DNA of 63,996 nucleotides, counting the filler, from Catajapyx aquilonaris (Eukaryota), in NCBI GenBank assembly GCA_000934665.2. It is 3 parts of 3 records of this genome, joined end to end, with 100 filler letters (N's around TTAATTAATTAA, not from the genome) between each part and the next. Parts side by side here need not be neighbours in the genome. Positions count along the whole stretch, not along the records: positions 43,142 to 63,996 come from JYFJ02006175.1; 2 more parts are not named here. One strand, 5' to 3'. Under the pieces are notes generated by a model. It searched no databases and was not told the DNA's origin. It saw only the letters and a list, made by a program, of their open reading frames with translations. The translations under genes and the position numbers were made by a program. Below, piece by piece: positions 51,400 to 63,996 of the stretch. Numbering within the stretch: position 1 is the stretch's first letter; each line of letters begins with the position of its first letter.

Positions 51400-51790
51400 T
51401 GCCATTTATGGATCGAGGTCCAAAAAAGTCACTTCTTGAAAACAACACCAGATACATGTCCGCCTTTGTGGGCAACACATTATTCCTCCAAGTGCCGGAC
51501 GAAACCCTTCATAACGTGCTCCAGCATGTCCAGGGGAATGTTTCTCACGGCGTGTCTTATCTGATCCTTAAGATCAGCCAATGACTGAGGACGTGTGACG
51601 AACACCAAACAAATTAAAATTCAAATGTGTCCTGGGTGGGTCATTTCGAGATTTGGGGACATTCCATGGCCACGGTGGCCGGATTTGACCACCCCCGACT
51701 TCTTGTGGGGGTACCTGAAGAGTTTGGTGTTCGCCACGCGTCCCCAGTCATCATTGGCTGATCTTAACCCAGTTATGCCGGAAAAAGTTT
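51400..51790 (+). mobile_element. Tc1/mariner-superfamily transposase fragment
   Basis: Remnant WPRWPDLTTPDFLWGYLKSLVF (WPxxSPDLxPxDFxLWGYLK motif). Confidence 0.65.
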
Positions 51791-52601
51791 TTGTTGAATT
51801 TTTGAACTTTTTTTGTTTCTATTAGTTCATATTAGTTCCCAAAACACAAAAAGTGAGATAAAACATTTTTCTGACTGCTTGTTTGCGAGAAAATGGCCGT
51901 TTCCTATAATTATGGGATGCTAGGAAAATGTAACCTAGTATGGCTATAACAGTTGTTGATTACATTACCATGGCAACAGTGACATTCTGCAATATACATA
52001 GTTTCATAACATCATTAATTATTGATTGTTGTCGATTGCATTACCATTGGAAACAGGCCACGCAAAGAAGGGGTTGTGATTGAGTCACAATCAACAACAA
52101 TCAAGGGTTGTTGCAAAGGTTGCCATGTTAACCAATTGCCATGTAATCTCGTTTTAATTGTATGGATTCGTTAAAATACAGTTCAACAAAGCGTACAAAA
52201 TCCACCCACATACTTTACTTGTCCAAATGTGGGTGCATTTGCATCTTGTGTTCCCCCGAGGGGACACCAGATTTCAACACTACTCTCAGACGAGGAAAGT
52301 AAAAAATATGGCTATATTTCCCCATCAACATCATCATTCATAAGTTTTCGAAGTATTACAAACAATAAATAACTGATAACATTAATCAATATTCGAGTTA
52401 ATTAATTACTAATCATATTCGGAACATGAAGGTGCAGCCATTATTTCCTGAGTTAAAATTCAAACACCTGTATCTTAAAAAGCTGAAGCAATATTTGAGC
52501 AGGTTTGAACTTGCATTGTTAGCTGGGACTCTCCTGAAGCCCCCTACTGCCAGCTCTTTAGCAGCAGAAGGACCAGCGCAAAAAAATCACAATATAACAA
52601 C

Positions 52602-52767
52602 TGTGCAGGTGTCCCCTATAGGGGACACTCGGAATATCTGGGTTAAGGATCAGATAAGACAAGATTTTGCATTTGAGTCATGTGCAGGTGTCCCCTATAG
52701 GGGACACTCGGAATATCTGGGTTAAGGATCAGATAAGACAAGATTTTGCATTTGAGTCATGTGCAGG
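52602..52767 (+). repeat. 79-bp perfect tandem duplication
   Basis: 52602-52680 equals 52681-52759, followed by a partial third unit. Confidence 0.9.
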
Positions 52768-52928
52768 CTGCACTTGAGTGAAATGCAAAATTGTCTTCAT
52801 GCTTTTGAGCAATATAGTACCACAGACCATTATTTACCCTTGGGTATACAGTACATTGGACCTTTTTGAACAAAATACCTAGGTCTGCAGGCAGGGGTGA
52901 GTGGGAGGTAAGGTGCAAAGTGCAAGTA

Positions 52929-53090
52929 CAGTGCTGGCCATATATCGAGGCAACCGCCAGCGACATTTTTCCGAAGCGGCAGAAGAAGGAATCGAAGATA
53001 AGCATGCTACAAGCCGGGCGAGCAAGATTCCTTCTTCTGCCGCTTCGGAAAAATATCGCTGGCAATTGCCTCGATATATGGCCAGCACTG
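52929..53090. mobile_element. Palindromic Tc1/mariner MITE
   Basis: TA|cagtgctggccatatatcgaggcaa ... ttgcctcgatatatggccagcactg|TA. Confidence 0.85.
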
Positions 53091-53320
53091 TACAATGGCC
53101 TAGCTTGGTGATTTTGTGATTCCCCCTGGGTGGTTAGTCTCAAGGAATCCCACCAGAGACAGATCTAGAGATGACCCAACTCTGCACAAGAGGAAAGGGG
53201 GGAAAAGCCCAGGCTTGGGATAGAAACCAGGACCCTTCCATTTGTGGGTGCATACATTACTACAGGGCCACTTCGCTTCCCCAAAACATCGCAAGTTATT
53301 ATCTCTGTTGTGATAGTTAA

Positions 53321-53602
53321 CCCTGGAACCATGCCGTGGGGTCTTGTTGGACCCCAAGGAATTAAAATGCATTAAAATGATAATTACAATGAACTTTTGC
53401 CATTTTTTTAGAGTATATAACAGGAAGTGCATGTTTATTTTGAATTGGTGATCATTTTAGGCATTGTTCAAAGAATGATTGCATATAGTCAATACATTGA
53501 AAAGCATTATATAAAAATTAATAAAAATTAAATTATGGATGGGGTCCGAAAAGACCCCACGGCACGGTTGCCGTAACTTTCAGGCACGGCACGGTTCCAG
53601 GG
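53321..53602. mobile_element. piggyBac-like MITE
   Basis: TTAA|ccctggaacc(a/g)tgccgtg ... ggttccaggg|TTAA. Confidence 0.8.
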
Positions 53603-53968
53603 TTAAATCACCGAAATCAACTGGGGTGATTTTATTTTAACAAACAACAACATCACGACATTTCCCTATGAGGGGTAGTCAGCGATGAAGGGAGACGCAA
53701 GCTAACCCAACATATGAACTAATAAAACTCATGAGCATAAACCTAAAAAACAACCCGTCCCACCCCCCACCCCTGCCCACCTCAGAAACAGACACTCAAT
53801 ATTAAATTTAAATATTTCACTATGCAATTTATTTTAAAAAATTGAAAAAATCCGAGGGGAAGTACTTTCCTTTGGCACCACCTTAAGGGATATGTTGGCT
53901 GCCTAAACTGTTTCACAATATTAGATCACATCCATATCAGTTGAAATGTTGTAGACTATCCTGTATTA

Positions 53969-54532
53969 CGAGGGGTATTCAGAAAGTTTTTACACTTTAT
54001 TTTATTTGCCACAAATGCAGGGCCCATGCTGGTAGGCAGGTAGGCACACATTATCAATAGAACCCTCCTGGAGCCGAATGCACTGGCACCATGGGTGTGG
54101 CAACCTCTCCAGGCCCTCCTGGAACTACTTTTTGGTGGGGCAGCGCACCCACTGCCAGACAGCTGCTCACAGTCAACAACATACTGTCAACAATATCCTG
54201 AAAATGGCATCAGCGAAGGTTTTTTTTTCATGTATCTGGCTTAGGGTGCTTCCACACCCACCGTACTCCCCCATCCTGGCCCCTACTGACTTTCAACTGT
54301 TCAGATCCAATCAAAAACTCCTTGCCCGATGCCATTTCGAGGACATTGTTGAACAGGAAACAGTTGTACGGGAGTGGGTGCACCGCACCACGAAAAAGTG
54401 GTTCCTGGAGGCCCTGGAGATGTGGTGCCAGTGCATTTGGCTCCAGGAGGGTTCTATCGATAATGTGTGCCTATCTTATGACCTGCAGGGTGACAAAAAA
54501 ATTAAGTGTATAGACTTTCCGAATGCCCCTCG
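53969..54532. mobile_element. Mariner-derived foldback MITE
   Basis: About 29-bp TIRs with TA; remnant LPHPPYSPILAPTDFQLF...; the left arm is an inverted copy of the transposase 3' end. Confidence 0.85.
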
Positions 54533-55184
54533 TAAGTTGGTACTCCTTTGCCTGACAAATTATAGTTGGTCATAAGAAACAAAGATTCATTCAACTCCTC
54601 TTTCACTCCCCTCCTGCTCAGGGTGCCAACAAGACTTCTGGGTGCATGCAACATGTCTTCCAACACTGCCAAGGTCTTATGAGCATAAAAATTACCATGG
54701 TGTGTCTAGGGTAATATTTGGTGAATAGGAAAGTAATGCGTATGTTTCTTTCCTATAAGCATTATTACATTGTACAAGAGATATACATCCTTCACATAAC
54801 AATTTTGATTTTTAGAACATCACCTACACCTACACAGACATAATAAGATAAATTCAATTGAATATACTTTTTGTACTTGCATATTGTTGCCAGTGAGTTA
54901 CCTGTATTCTACAAAGGAGTTGTACTATGTTTTTTTCTTTGGATTATGTAATTGGGCCTGGAGGTTGCTGACTCCCGCTTGCTCCAAATAATGTGTTGAT
55001 ATTCTTCAGTTGCCAGGTGCAGAAATTTACAGATGGCTCTGCTGAAGACAAGTGAATGTCATCTAATTAGATGAGATTGATTTGTTTCAGGTTCAGTGGG
55101 CACTCGGTATCCGTGGGGGTTTGGGCTTCCTGAGGATACCAAAATCTGCCACTCTTCCAGCTCCTTGCATAAAATGGTGTAATA

Positions 55185-55500
55185 CGAGGACGAATCAGAA
55201 AGTAATTGAAGATTTTTTTAGTTCAAAAGTTTCACGAGAGAAACTGAAACTGAGATATACCATATGAAAGGACGAGTCTTCCTCTAACTGTAGACATAGT
55301 CACCATACACTTTGGCGCACATCTACCAGCGGGACACGAGTTTTTCTATACCCCTGCAGAAAAACGCCAGGCTGGGTGGGAAGCCAGTGGGGGATGACTT
55401 CTTTCACTTCCTCGATGTCACTGAAGTTCTGACCTGCCAGGTGCTTTTTCATTGGTCCAAAGAGATGGTAGACCATGGTTAAAACCATCTCTTTGGACCA
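55185..55500 (-). mobile_element. Mariner transposase 3' fragment
   Basis: YHLFGPMKKHLAGQNFSDIEEVKEVI..WL followed by a TIR-like end (ta|cgagga). Confidence 0.7.
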
Positions 55501-55514
55501 GTGAAGAAGCTATA

Positions 55515-55740
55515 GGGGAGGTGTGGTGGCCGAGATGGTAACGTCTCTGCTTGCTGAGTGAAAGGTCCTAGGTTCGATCCCTGCCTGAGAGTTCCCTTTC
55601 ACCTGCGTCGGAAGGGTCTCTGACCTGCACCTTAGAGGTGTCTGGCAACCTAACCTCCTGGGGGACTGCACATGGCCCAAACGTTTAAGACATTCCACCT
55701 GCACAAGTGTCCCCTCCCCAACAATCCCTATCCCTACCCT
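55515..55740 (+). mobile_element. tRNA-derived SINE type A
   Basis: Homologous to 22060. Confidence 0.8.
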
Positions 55741-55795
55741 TCATCCTCAAATAGGCACAAAAAGTTAACTTTTTATTTATGCATAATATTATTAT

Positions 55796-56211
55796 TATTA
55801 TTATTTTTTTAAATTACACCCTTGAAGCCTTCAGGCTTATATAGGGGGGAGGTTTTTCGACCATTTTCAATCTCTCCGGTGCTAGGATGGAGGGGGGGAC
55901 AGTGGTGCAAGTGCAATGTCTCATGGCGGAGGCCGTGTGCAGTCCCCCAGAGGGCTTAGGTTGAAAGACGACCCTCTAGGTGCTGGTAAGAGACCTCCCA
56001 CAAACACCGCACCTCCTCCAGTGTGGGACATGGATAGGAAAGGTAGGAAGCGGCTGTGGCCTACGATTAGGAAACAACTCCGGTATTCACCTGGGGGTGA
56101 CCGTGGGAAACCACAGAAAACCACGGTCAGAGTTGCCGGCCTGGGGATTTGATCCCTGGACCTCCCGATTTGCAGCCGGATACCAAATCCCCTCCGCTAC
56201 CACTGCTTCGG
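55796..56211 (-). mobile_element. tRNA-derived SINE type B, long body
   Basis: Flanked by direct repeat tgcataatattattat; near-identical to 49196-49621. Confidence 0.85.
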
Positions 56212-56289
56212 TGCATAATATTATTATGGAGGATAATGTTACAGAAAATAAAAAATTCAGAATGATTTTAAAGCCCTACCGTATAAATA

Positions 56290-57195
56290 CGAGGTGTGAT
56301 CGAAAAGTTCCCGGACTGTGTTCATAAAAACATTAATATTTACTTTAAGTCCTAATTTCCATGCCACCTTCAAAGTAGTCACCTTGGGCACGTATACAAC
56401 AATTCCAGCGAATTTCCCATTTGTGGAAGCACCAAAAAAATTAGCAAACAGTAGTGTGTTCAACACCTGCTGCGATTTGGCTTAGACCTCTTTAGTGGAG
56501 TCAAAATGCCTCCTTTTCTACCCAAATTTCATTTTAGGGAAGAGGTAGAAATCACATGGTGCGAGGACAAACGAACAGGCAAGGTGGGGAACAGTGGTCA
56601 TGTTATTTTGTATCAGGAAGTCCCTGACTACGCGTGAGGTGTGTGCAGGCGGCATTGTCATGGTGCAGCAACCAGTCTATGTTCTTCCATATCTCCGGCA
56701 AATTGAGCCTAAATCGTCTCAAACCATCGCAGTAAGACTTGCCGTTGACAGTTTTACCAGGAGGGAGAAACTCCATGTGCACAATTCCTAAAATGTCAAA
56801 GAAAATGATCAGCATTGAGTTGATTTTGCCGCGCACTTGGCGCGCCACCTTTGAAGCTGTTAAACTACTAATATGTTATTGCTTGTCTTACAACTTGCTC
56901 ATCAAAAGCCTTGTTCAGCATTTGGTTGGTTGCATCCGAAGTTTTGTTGATCTGGAAGCAAAATTTAATACAAATCTTTTGCTCCCTAACATCAGCCATT
57001 TCGAAAAATCGCAGAAGCACAAGAACACGGTGTCAAGAAAACTGCCGAAACTCGGAAACATGTGCACCTATGAAGACGAGATTTTTCAGACTAATAGATG
57101 AAAGGTGCACCTAGCGCCCCCTAACGTCACAAGTTCATAGCTCCACTGGTTTGCACGGTTTATCGACAGTCCGGGAACTTTTTGATCACACCTCG
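56290..57195 (-). mobile_element. Internally deleted mariner element
   Basis: TIR cgaggtgtgatc(g/a)aaaagttcccggactg with TA; transposase remnant SMLIIFFDILGIVHMEFLPPGKTVNGKSY...WLLHHDNA. Confidence 0.9.
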
Positions 57196-57429
57196 TATAA
57201 GGTCGCAAACTAGAGCAAATATTGAAGAACACCTATAAACAATAAACTGACAGAAAATCACAAAACTTGGGCAAAAGACAAATAGTGCAAGCAAGTATCA
57301 CTTGCTCTGAACTCTACCACTTGTAGCCAGTTTCCTCTTGCACAATCAGACTATCACAATATGTTGCCAAATATTTTTCCAATTAGAGGTTGTTTTTTTT
57401 TTTTTTTGCATTACGACGGAAACATGATT

Positions 57430-57872
57430 CGTTTTTTTTGTTGTTGTTTTTGTTCGTACCCCATGCTACGGCCCTAGGCCCTCTTAGGGGAGTGGAATAC
57501 CACCATCCGGTGCAGGGGACAGGATAGGGATAATGAGGGCGGGACACTGGTGCAAATGTAATGTCTCATGGAGTCATGGTGGGGGTCGTGTGCTGTGTGC
57601 AGTACGTCCTTCAGGGGGCCCGTTCACCAAGATGACCCCCTAGATGCAGGTCAAAAACCCCCAACCGACACCGCACCTCCTCATGGATGGGACAAGGATA
57701 GGAAAGGAAGGAAGCGGCTGTGGCCTATTATTTAGGAAGCAATCCCGGAATTCTCCTGGGAGGACTGGGAAACCACAGAAAACCACGGTTAGGATTGCCG
57801 GCCTCGGGACTCGAACCCAGGACCTCCCGATTATCAGTAGAACACCTTATCCACTCCACCAAACTGCTTCGG
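57430..57872 (-). mobile_element. tRNA-derived SINE type B, long body
   Basis: Homologous to 22974-23368 including the tail. Confidence 0.8.
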
Positions 57873-58248
57873 TACATGATTCATATTACTTCTGAACTAT
57901 TTGGGTCCTTTCAAGAGCACAAAAAATACTCCCCAAAAAACCAAACATGCCTCTGAAGGAATAGGCCCGGAATAGGCCCAAAAAGTCCCGAAATTACTGA
58001 AAAAAGTTTAAAAACTATCCCAGAAAAGGCCAAATAGGCATGAAAAGTCGCAAAAAGGCAAAATGGGCAAAATAGTTCCCAAAACCACGAAATAAGCCAT
58101 TTTAGGCACTATAAAACCTACATTTTCCACATCCTCCACTCATGAAACAAATTGATCTTTTCACAAAACCATCGCAATTGTTAAGGAACTAAATAGGCAT
58201 TTGCCTAAGAATCCGGACTCTACTTATGAATGATGTCGTCGATGGAGT

Positions 58249-59107
58249 GGATATGGCACCATCATTATGGGAAATGACTTTCCGTTAAATTCTCCCAATT
58301 TGTTATATGTTGTAGAAAATAAGATGGTAATCAATTCTTAACATTGCGCCAAGACCTGACAATCATCAGGTCACCTGCTACATCGGGTCAAAGGGCAGCA
58401 TACTCTTCCCTCATAAGGTCCACCAATTGTGGTACCAATGGAACGGGCGTGATTAGCTCGTTCTGAAAAACCCCACATGTTGACCCCTGTGACCTACAGG
58501 TCACTCGCTACTTCAGGTCAAAGATACAAAATATTGGTCCCTCAATTGGCCCATCAAAATAATGTGGTATAGTACAGTACCGGACAAAATAACATCATAA
58601 ATGTAAACAATGGCTTTGGCGTTACCTGGCAACTGGGCATGTTTGGACTTCAGCATATGGAGAGTGCTTAGCGTTCTTTCTATTGTTGCCAGCAATTGAT
58701 GCTGGGCGACCTATAGGTCGCAGCCCGCTTATTCCGATGCCATGCATTAGACCCGTCACTAGGTCGCCCAGCATCAATCGCTACCTGTAAACGGTGGCAA
58801 CAATAGAAAGAACGCTAAGCACTCTCCATATGCCGATGTCCGAACACGCCCAGTTGCCAGGTGACGCCAAAGCCATTGTTTACAGTCATATTTTATGATA
58901 TTATGCTATTTTGTCCGGGACTGTACAGTAGATGGGCCAATTGAGGGACCGATATTTTGTATCTTTGACCTGAAGTAGCGCGTGACCTGAGGATTTTCAG
59001 GTCTTGGCGTAATGTTAAGAATTGATTACCATCTTATTTTCTAGTATATATAAAAAATTGGGAGAATTTAACCAAAAGCCATTTCCCATAAGGATGGTGC
59101 CATATCC
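58249..59107. mobile_element. Foldback element (palindromic over most of its length)
   Basis: ggatatggcaccatc..gggaaatg.. and cttcaggtcaaagatacaaaatat..gagagtgcttagcgttctttctattgttgcca are each inverted on the right half. Confidence 0.8.
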
Positions 59108-59269
59108 TTCAGGCATATTTTTTTTACTTTCCTTGTCTGAACCGAAGCAGTTTGGTGGAGTGGATAAGGTGTTCGACTGCTAATCGGGTGTCACATGTGC
59201 CCATTTTCTAGCATTTTTGACCCATATATGCTGTTACTTGGGAGGGCCACAAGATCAGGTTTAATCATA

Positions 59270-59416
59270 GGGGCCGTGCAGATGGGCCAAGCTTGGCTGC
59301 GGCCGCGACGGTTCACACCTGGCAAGCCATGGCCAGGCCACGGCTTACAAGGTAGGCCAACTTCCTGGAAGTTGGCCAGGGCCGCGGCTGCAAGCTTGCC
59401 CCGTCTGCACGGCCCC
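59270..59416. mobile_element. Tourist/Harbinger-like MITE
   Basis: TIR ggggccgtgcaga with 3-bp ATA on both sides. Confidence 0.75.
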
Positions 59417-59499
59417 ATAAATTTAATGTGTGCATTTGAAAGGTTGGTATTTTCGCTTTCTATGAGATGGTCATACATATGCACAAGAAAATCCAAAAT

Positions 59500-60880
59500 T
59501 TAAATTCAAAATGGTTCCCAAAATTTTTATATTTTGATATTAGGCCTACTAATTAATCTACCCCTATACTACTGATTTTGAATGGTGCTTCAAATAATAC
59601 AGGAAATGTTTGCTTCAGATTGCTGCCAAATCTGGAGATGAGAAATTCGATATTTTCCAAATATCAGAAGCATTTTGTGCGCCAAACATAGAAATCCCGT
59701 AAATTGACAACAAAATTTCACAAAATAACATTGTTTTCTAAAAAGAAATAAAGCCCTACCACGTACATATGATATTGCGAGAAAGCCTGATGCAAGAACT
59801 CGACCGAGTTAACAATAAATACCGATGTCATTGAGTAATAAGATAAATCACATTAAGTTAAAAGAGACCACAATTTTTAAGAGCTTCTGAAGAAGCAAGT
59901 TTCAGAATTTTTCTTGTCATTTATGGATGTCCAATAAAATTGTAAAGTATCTCAGTGATTAAATGGGTAGCGGTATGTGCCGATCCAGAAATAATATTAG
60001 AGCTGCTATTTCAGCACTTACTTAATTGTTATTAAGCAACAATATGATAGATGCTCTCTTCAAAACCTCTGAGCATTGTAACACGTACTTGGGTCGTTAC
60101 TGCTCCAGGGGGTGTTTTGGAATGATGCATTTCGCGTAGGGCGGTTTAGTAGGGTTCATTGTTGGACACAAGAACGGACCTGAGTGTACGTGTAGCCTAC
60201 ACAAGTGTTGAGAAAGGCCTGCTCATAGCTGGAGCCCTATGGAAGAATCTTCATCGTTGCTCCATCCACCTATGTACTGTACACGGTTAATCCATTCTTG
60301 TGTTCAACAATGAACCCTGATAAACTGCCCAACACGAAATACGACACATACAACATCATTCCAAAATACCATTGTTGCATGTGTCCCTGGATTGGCAACT
60401 GTCCCTGGATTGGCAACTGTCCAGACATCAAGTTCATATGTTCAGCGATTTTGAAGAGAACATTTTATCACATTGTTGCTTGATAACAGTTACGGAAATG
60501 CTGAAGTGTCAATTGTAATATTATTTCTGGATCGACAAATATCCAATCAATCATTCAGCCACGGGATAGTTTTTTTGGCCGTCCATACACGACAAGAAAG
60601 ATTCTGAAACTTGCACCTTCCTCACTGAGAAGCCCGATAAAATGGGAATCTCTTTTAACTTCATGCAATTAATCATTTTACTCAGCCATTGACATTGGTA
60701 TTTATTGTTACCTCGGTAGAGTTCTTGAATCAGGGAACAGGGGTTCTCCAGATTTTGCGGAATCCCAAGTAAACATTTCCTTTATCATTTTAAGAGCCAT
60801 TCAAAATAAATCGCAGGGGTCCATTAATGATCAACATCAAAATAAGAAATTTTTTGACCGCCATTTTTATTTAAGTTTTT
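59500..60880. mobile_element. Old diverged foldback element
   Basis: Scattered inverted blocks (gatccagaaataatatta / taatattatttctggatc; aactcgaccgagttaacaataaatacc / ggtatttattgttacctcggtagagtt). Ends uncertain. Confidence 0.5.
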
Positions 60881-61256
60881 TTGTCTTTTTAATTACGAGT
60901 ATGACCATCTCATAAAGAGTAAAATTACCTTTCAACGTCACAAAAAGTTTAGGAATTAACTGTTCTTCTGGGAGTTGTCCTCCAAGTAACAGCTTACGGA
61001 TGCTTACGGAGCAAAATTGGCACATTGGTCACCCCGTGGTTCCGCAACCACTTGTCGTACCGAGAAACAATCTCTGTTACGCAAACCTATCTGTTGGTAC
61101 TACAATATACTTGAATATGACCAAAATCTGAAAAGGTCATAGCAAAGGGTAGCCCCATTGACTCAGAATGCCCAATACAATCATACTTATACTGTACATA
61201 CGTACAATTTTGTTACATTTACATTCATACATACTGATCATATACCTAATTGACCC

Positions 61257-61616
61257 CCTTTTTTATTTTTTTATTTTTTTATTTTACCCCGTGATGTCCC
61301 TTATGGGAGCTATAGGGGGGTGGCATACCACCATCAGTTTCCTGTATATATTTTCGCTTCATTCTCCGGTGCAAGGAAACAGGGACAATGGGAAAGGATA
61401 GGGATTTTTGGGGAGGGAACATGGGTGCAAGGTGCACTGTCGTAGCTAATGGGTCATGTGCTGTCCCCCAGGAGGTTAGGTTGCCAGACACCTCCTTGGT
61501 GCAGGTCAGAGACCCTCCTGACGCAGGTGAAAGGAAAGTTCCCCAGGCGGGGATCGAACCTGGGGCCTTTCACTCTGCAAGCCGAGACGTTACCATCAAT
61601 GCCACCACACCTCCCC
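61257..61616 (-). mobile_element. tRNA-derived SINE type A
   Basis: Reverse copy of the 22060 family; flanking direct repeat aattgaccc. Confidence 0.8.
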
Positions 61617-61925
61617 AATTGACCCTCATTGTGCAGCTTATTTAAATAACACATAAATAACACTTAAATAACATGAGTAGTCTGCAGGGAACTATGTATT
61701 GTTATTTTAATGCGGCAGTATCAATAACTGAAGAAGTATCCACCGGCTGACATGTTCACATGGATTATGACTCATAACACATGATCCATTGTCTTGATTA
61801 CGTGGATCCTACCAAAAATCTAAAGCGTAAGCAATACAGATTCCATGGAAAAAATATGGTGCCTTTGTCCAACATGTCCCCATTCTGTCAAATTTTGACC
61901 CTAACAGCCCCTACTAATTGCAGAT

Positions 61926-62017
61926 TTTTTCTGGTAACGGGCGTATGGAAAGTACCCGATTTCCGAGTCGAATATAGCGGAAATCGTGTACTTTCCATAC
62001 GCCAGTTACCAGAAAAA
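61926..62017. repeat. Short palindrome
   Basis: tttttctggtaac..ggcgtatggaaagtac..gatttccg and its inverse. Confidence 0.75.
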
Positions 62018-62497
62018 TTCCGCAATAGGCAAGTTTCCATTATACACAGGGTCCGTTGTGGACAGGATTCACTATATATTTATATACAGCGAAACCTGTG
62101 CATAACGGAATAGCACGGGACCCTAAAATATTTTCCGTAATGGACAAGTTCAATACAGCAGCCTATATCTTACGCTTTCCTTGTACAGTATAGGCATACT
62201 AGAGGTTACATTTGCAGAGTGTCCCCTATAGGGAACGGCCCTTTTCGTACAATCTAGCATTCCGTAAAAAAAATTTAACATTTTTGTTGCGTTTTGGGGA
62301 CTATTATGAACTAATAAAAACAAACAAAAACCGAAATTTAAACGAAAAATCTTTCAGGCATATCTGGGTTAAATAAAAGTTCTACAGAATGTCATGTCAA
62401 TATGTCTTGCAAAGAAAGAAATGTAACAGACTTATTCCAGAAGACAAATTAAAAATACATGGTAAATTTTATTATTTTAATTCAACATCACTTAAAG

Positions 62498-62766
62498 CAG
62501 AAGTGGCGGAGTGGTTAGCTCCGCAGCCTTCCACTTCTGAGGTCCCGAGTTCGATCCCGGGTCGCGCAGAGGATACTTATGTGGATAGAGTTTCGATGGG
62601 TTCTCTCCGTGTTCGCGTGGGTTTTCTCGGGGTTCTCCCGTTTCCTCCCGCAATCAAAATCCATCACACGCAGGCAATGATTAAAGTCGGTTCATGAAAA
62701 GAAGATCCCCTAAGGGGCCCAAGCCCTAACACGGGATATCCATTATTATATATTATATAATTATTA
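62498..62766 (+). mobile_element. tRNA-derived SINE type C (V-domain-like)
   Basis: Near-identical to 45981-46250. Confidence 0.85.
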
Positions 62767-63035
62767 CTTAAATCAGCAAACAGTAGTAGCATACAGTGTA
62801 GTTCGAACCTCTGAATAACTCATTTTTATGGTGTGTAGGACCATTTTCGGATTGTCCCTGTTTTCCTATTAGCTGGGCACACCCATGCATTCACGAGCAT
62901 GGATATATAATCGAGAGTACAGTGTATTGTCCTTTCATTTCTCGTATCCAATGACTCAGGTGGTATGTTGGGAAATGGTTCCATGAAGTCTATACCCTGT
63001 GTATCATTATTATTAATGTACCTCTCATATTGCAG

Positions 63036-63280
63036 GGCTTGCACAGCCACCAATGAACCTGCGGGCCAGCAAGAAGAGGAGGGAGCTGAGGGACGATTTT
63101 ATGGCTACTGCTGTAGAAGAAATTAAAGCAATTTCTTATCGTCCCCCTCCTCCCGAAAACACCCTGGACATTTTTGGCCAATGTGTGACCAGTAGCTTAA
63201 AGCAGCTAGTGAATATACACCAGCAGGAATGTCCAAGGTTCGTAATACGCGAAATCCTTTTTAAGGCCCAAAGTGGCCTT
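63036..63280 (+). pseudogene. BESS-like motif exon, probably a remnant of a MADF/Harbinger accessory ORF
   Basis: Acceptor ttgcag at 63035; ENTLDIFGQCVTSSLKQL..Q....FVIREILFKAQSG resembles the C-terminal helix motif of MADF-type ORFs. No upstream exons found. Confidence 0.4.
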
Positions 63281-63996
63281 CTTCTCCCTGTGCATGACCT
63301 TACCACATCTCATTTGCATCTTCTCCCAGAGAGTCCCCATTGTCACCAGCCATGTCCTCCGCCAATCACTTCTCAAATTCTTCCAATATATCATCACCCT
63401 TGCCACTGTACCCATCCCCACTATCTGAAGCTGATCCCTCATCCCAGGCACCACTTTCCTTGTAGGCGAGCGGTCACTGGAGGAAAAGACGCTTATTTAA
63501 GGGTTTAGTGACCACGGCGGTATAACAAGCAAATGACTCTTTTTTTGGAAAGTGCATATCGTGACTGGATCGTACATGGAATTTTTTTGATGTCGGACCC
63601 CGGGAAGTGCCCGAAATGACGTCATCAAGATGGCCGAAATTGAACATTGCTAGGGGGCTAGAAATGAATTTCTGGAGCCCCCGGTACTCGTTCTGACTGC
63701 GGATTTTGGCTGCCAAGTTGTTAAGAAGTGCCTAGGCGACAATTACAGAACCATACCGCTTCCTCAGGAATGAGTATGAGGTCACATGACTGACAAATAC
63801 GTCAAGGAACTTACCAAACTTCAGAGAACATTTCGCTTTAGTCACGTTTTGCAGCTCCCCCTTGAGGTATAACAGAAAATACTTCCTATAAACATTGTGC
63901 CTAGCTTCATTCTGGACATTGTAGCATTTATTAGAAGTACGTCGGTTGAGAATTGTACGGAGGAGAGCAGTATTTGTGAGCGAGTGCGCGATGTGG

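Noticed and set aside
52602..52767. Direct repeats with an internal palindrome resembling a CRISPR array
   Set aside because: Contiguous 79-bp duplication with no spacers and no cas genes, in a eukaryotic context.

Overview
Eukaryotic (arthropod, most likely insect; inferred from SINE and transposon types) genomic DNA with two 100-bp assembly gaps. About 1.5-20 kb is a birth-and-death cluster of three-exon C2H2 zinc-finger genes: four apparently intact copies, three broken copies and an orphan fragment. All copies that retain exon 1 start with the same acidic module (TEETWL plus several psi-K-x-E motifs). Two plus-strand genes inside the cluster share that module and a conserved promoter element but carry different C-termini. 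One has a DUF4806/BEN-like domain behind a single in-frame TGA. The other is an intact 305-aa spliced ORF ending in what looks like the N-terminal DNA-binding part of a Sola-type transposase. From 24.2 to 34.1 kb lies a mitochondrial methylmalonate-semialdehyde dehydrogenase gene (ALDH6A1), with its first exon(s) not visible. The remainder is dense with tRNA-derived SINEs and non-autonomous DNA transposons (mariner, P, piggyBac, hAT, Harbinger-like MITEs), many of them foldback or nested. All gene models were built by eye from GT-AG sites and frame arithmetic; no database searches were run.
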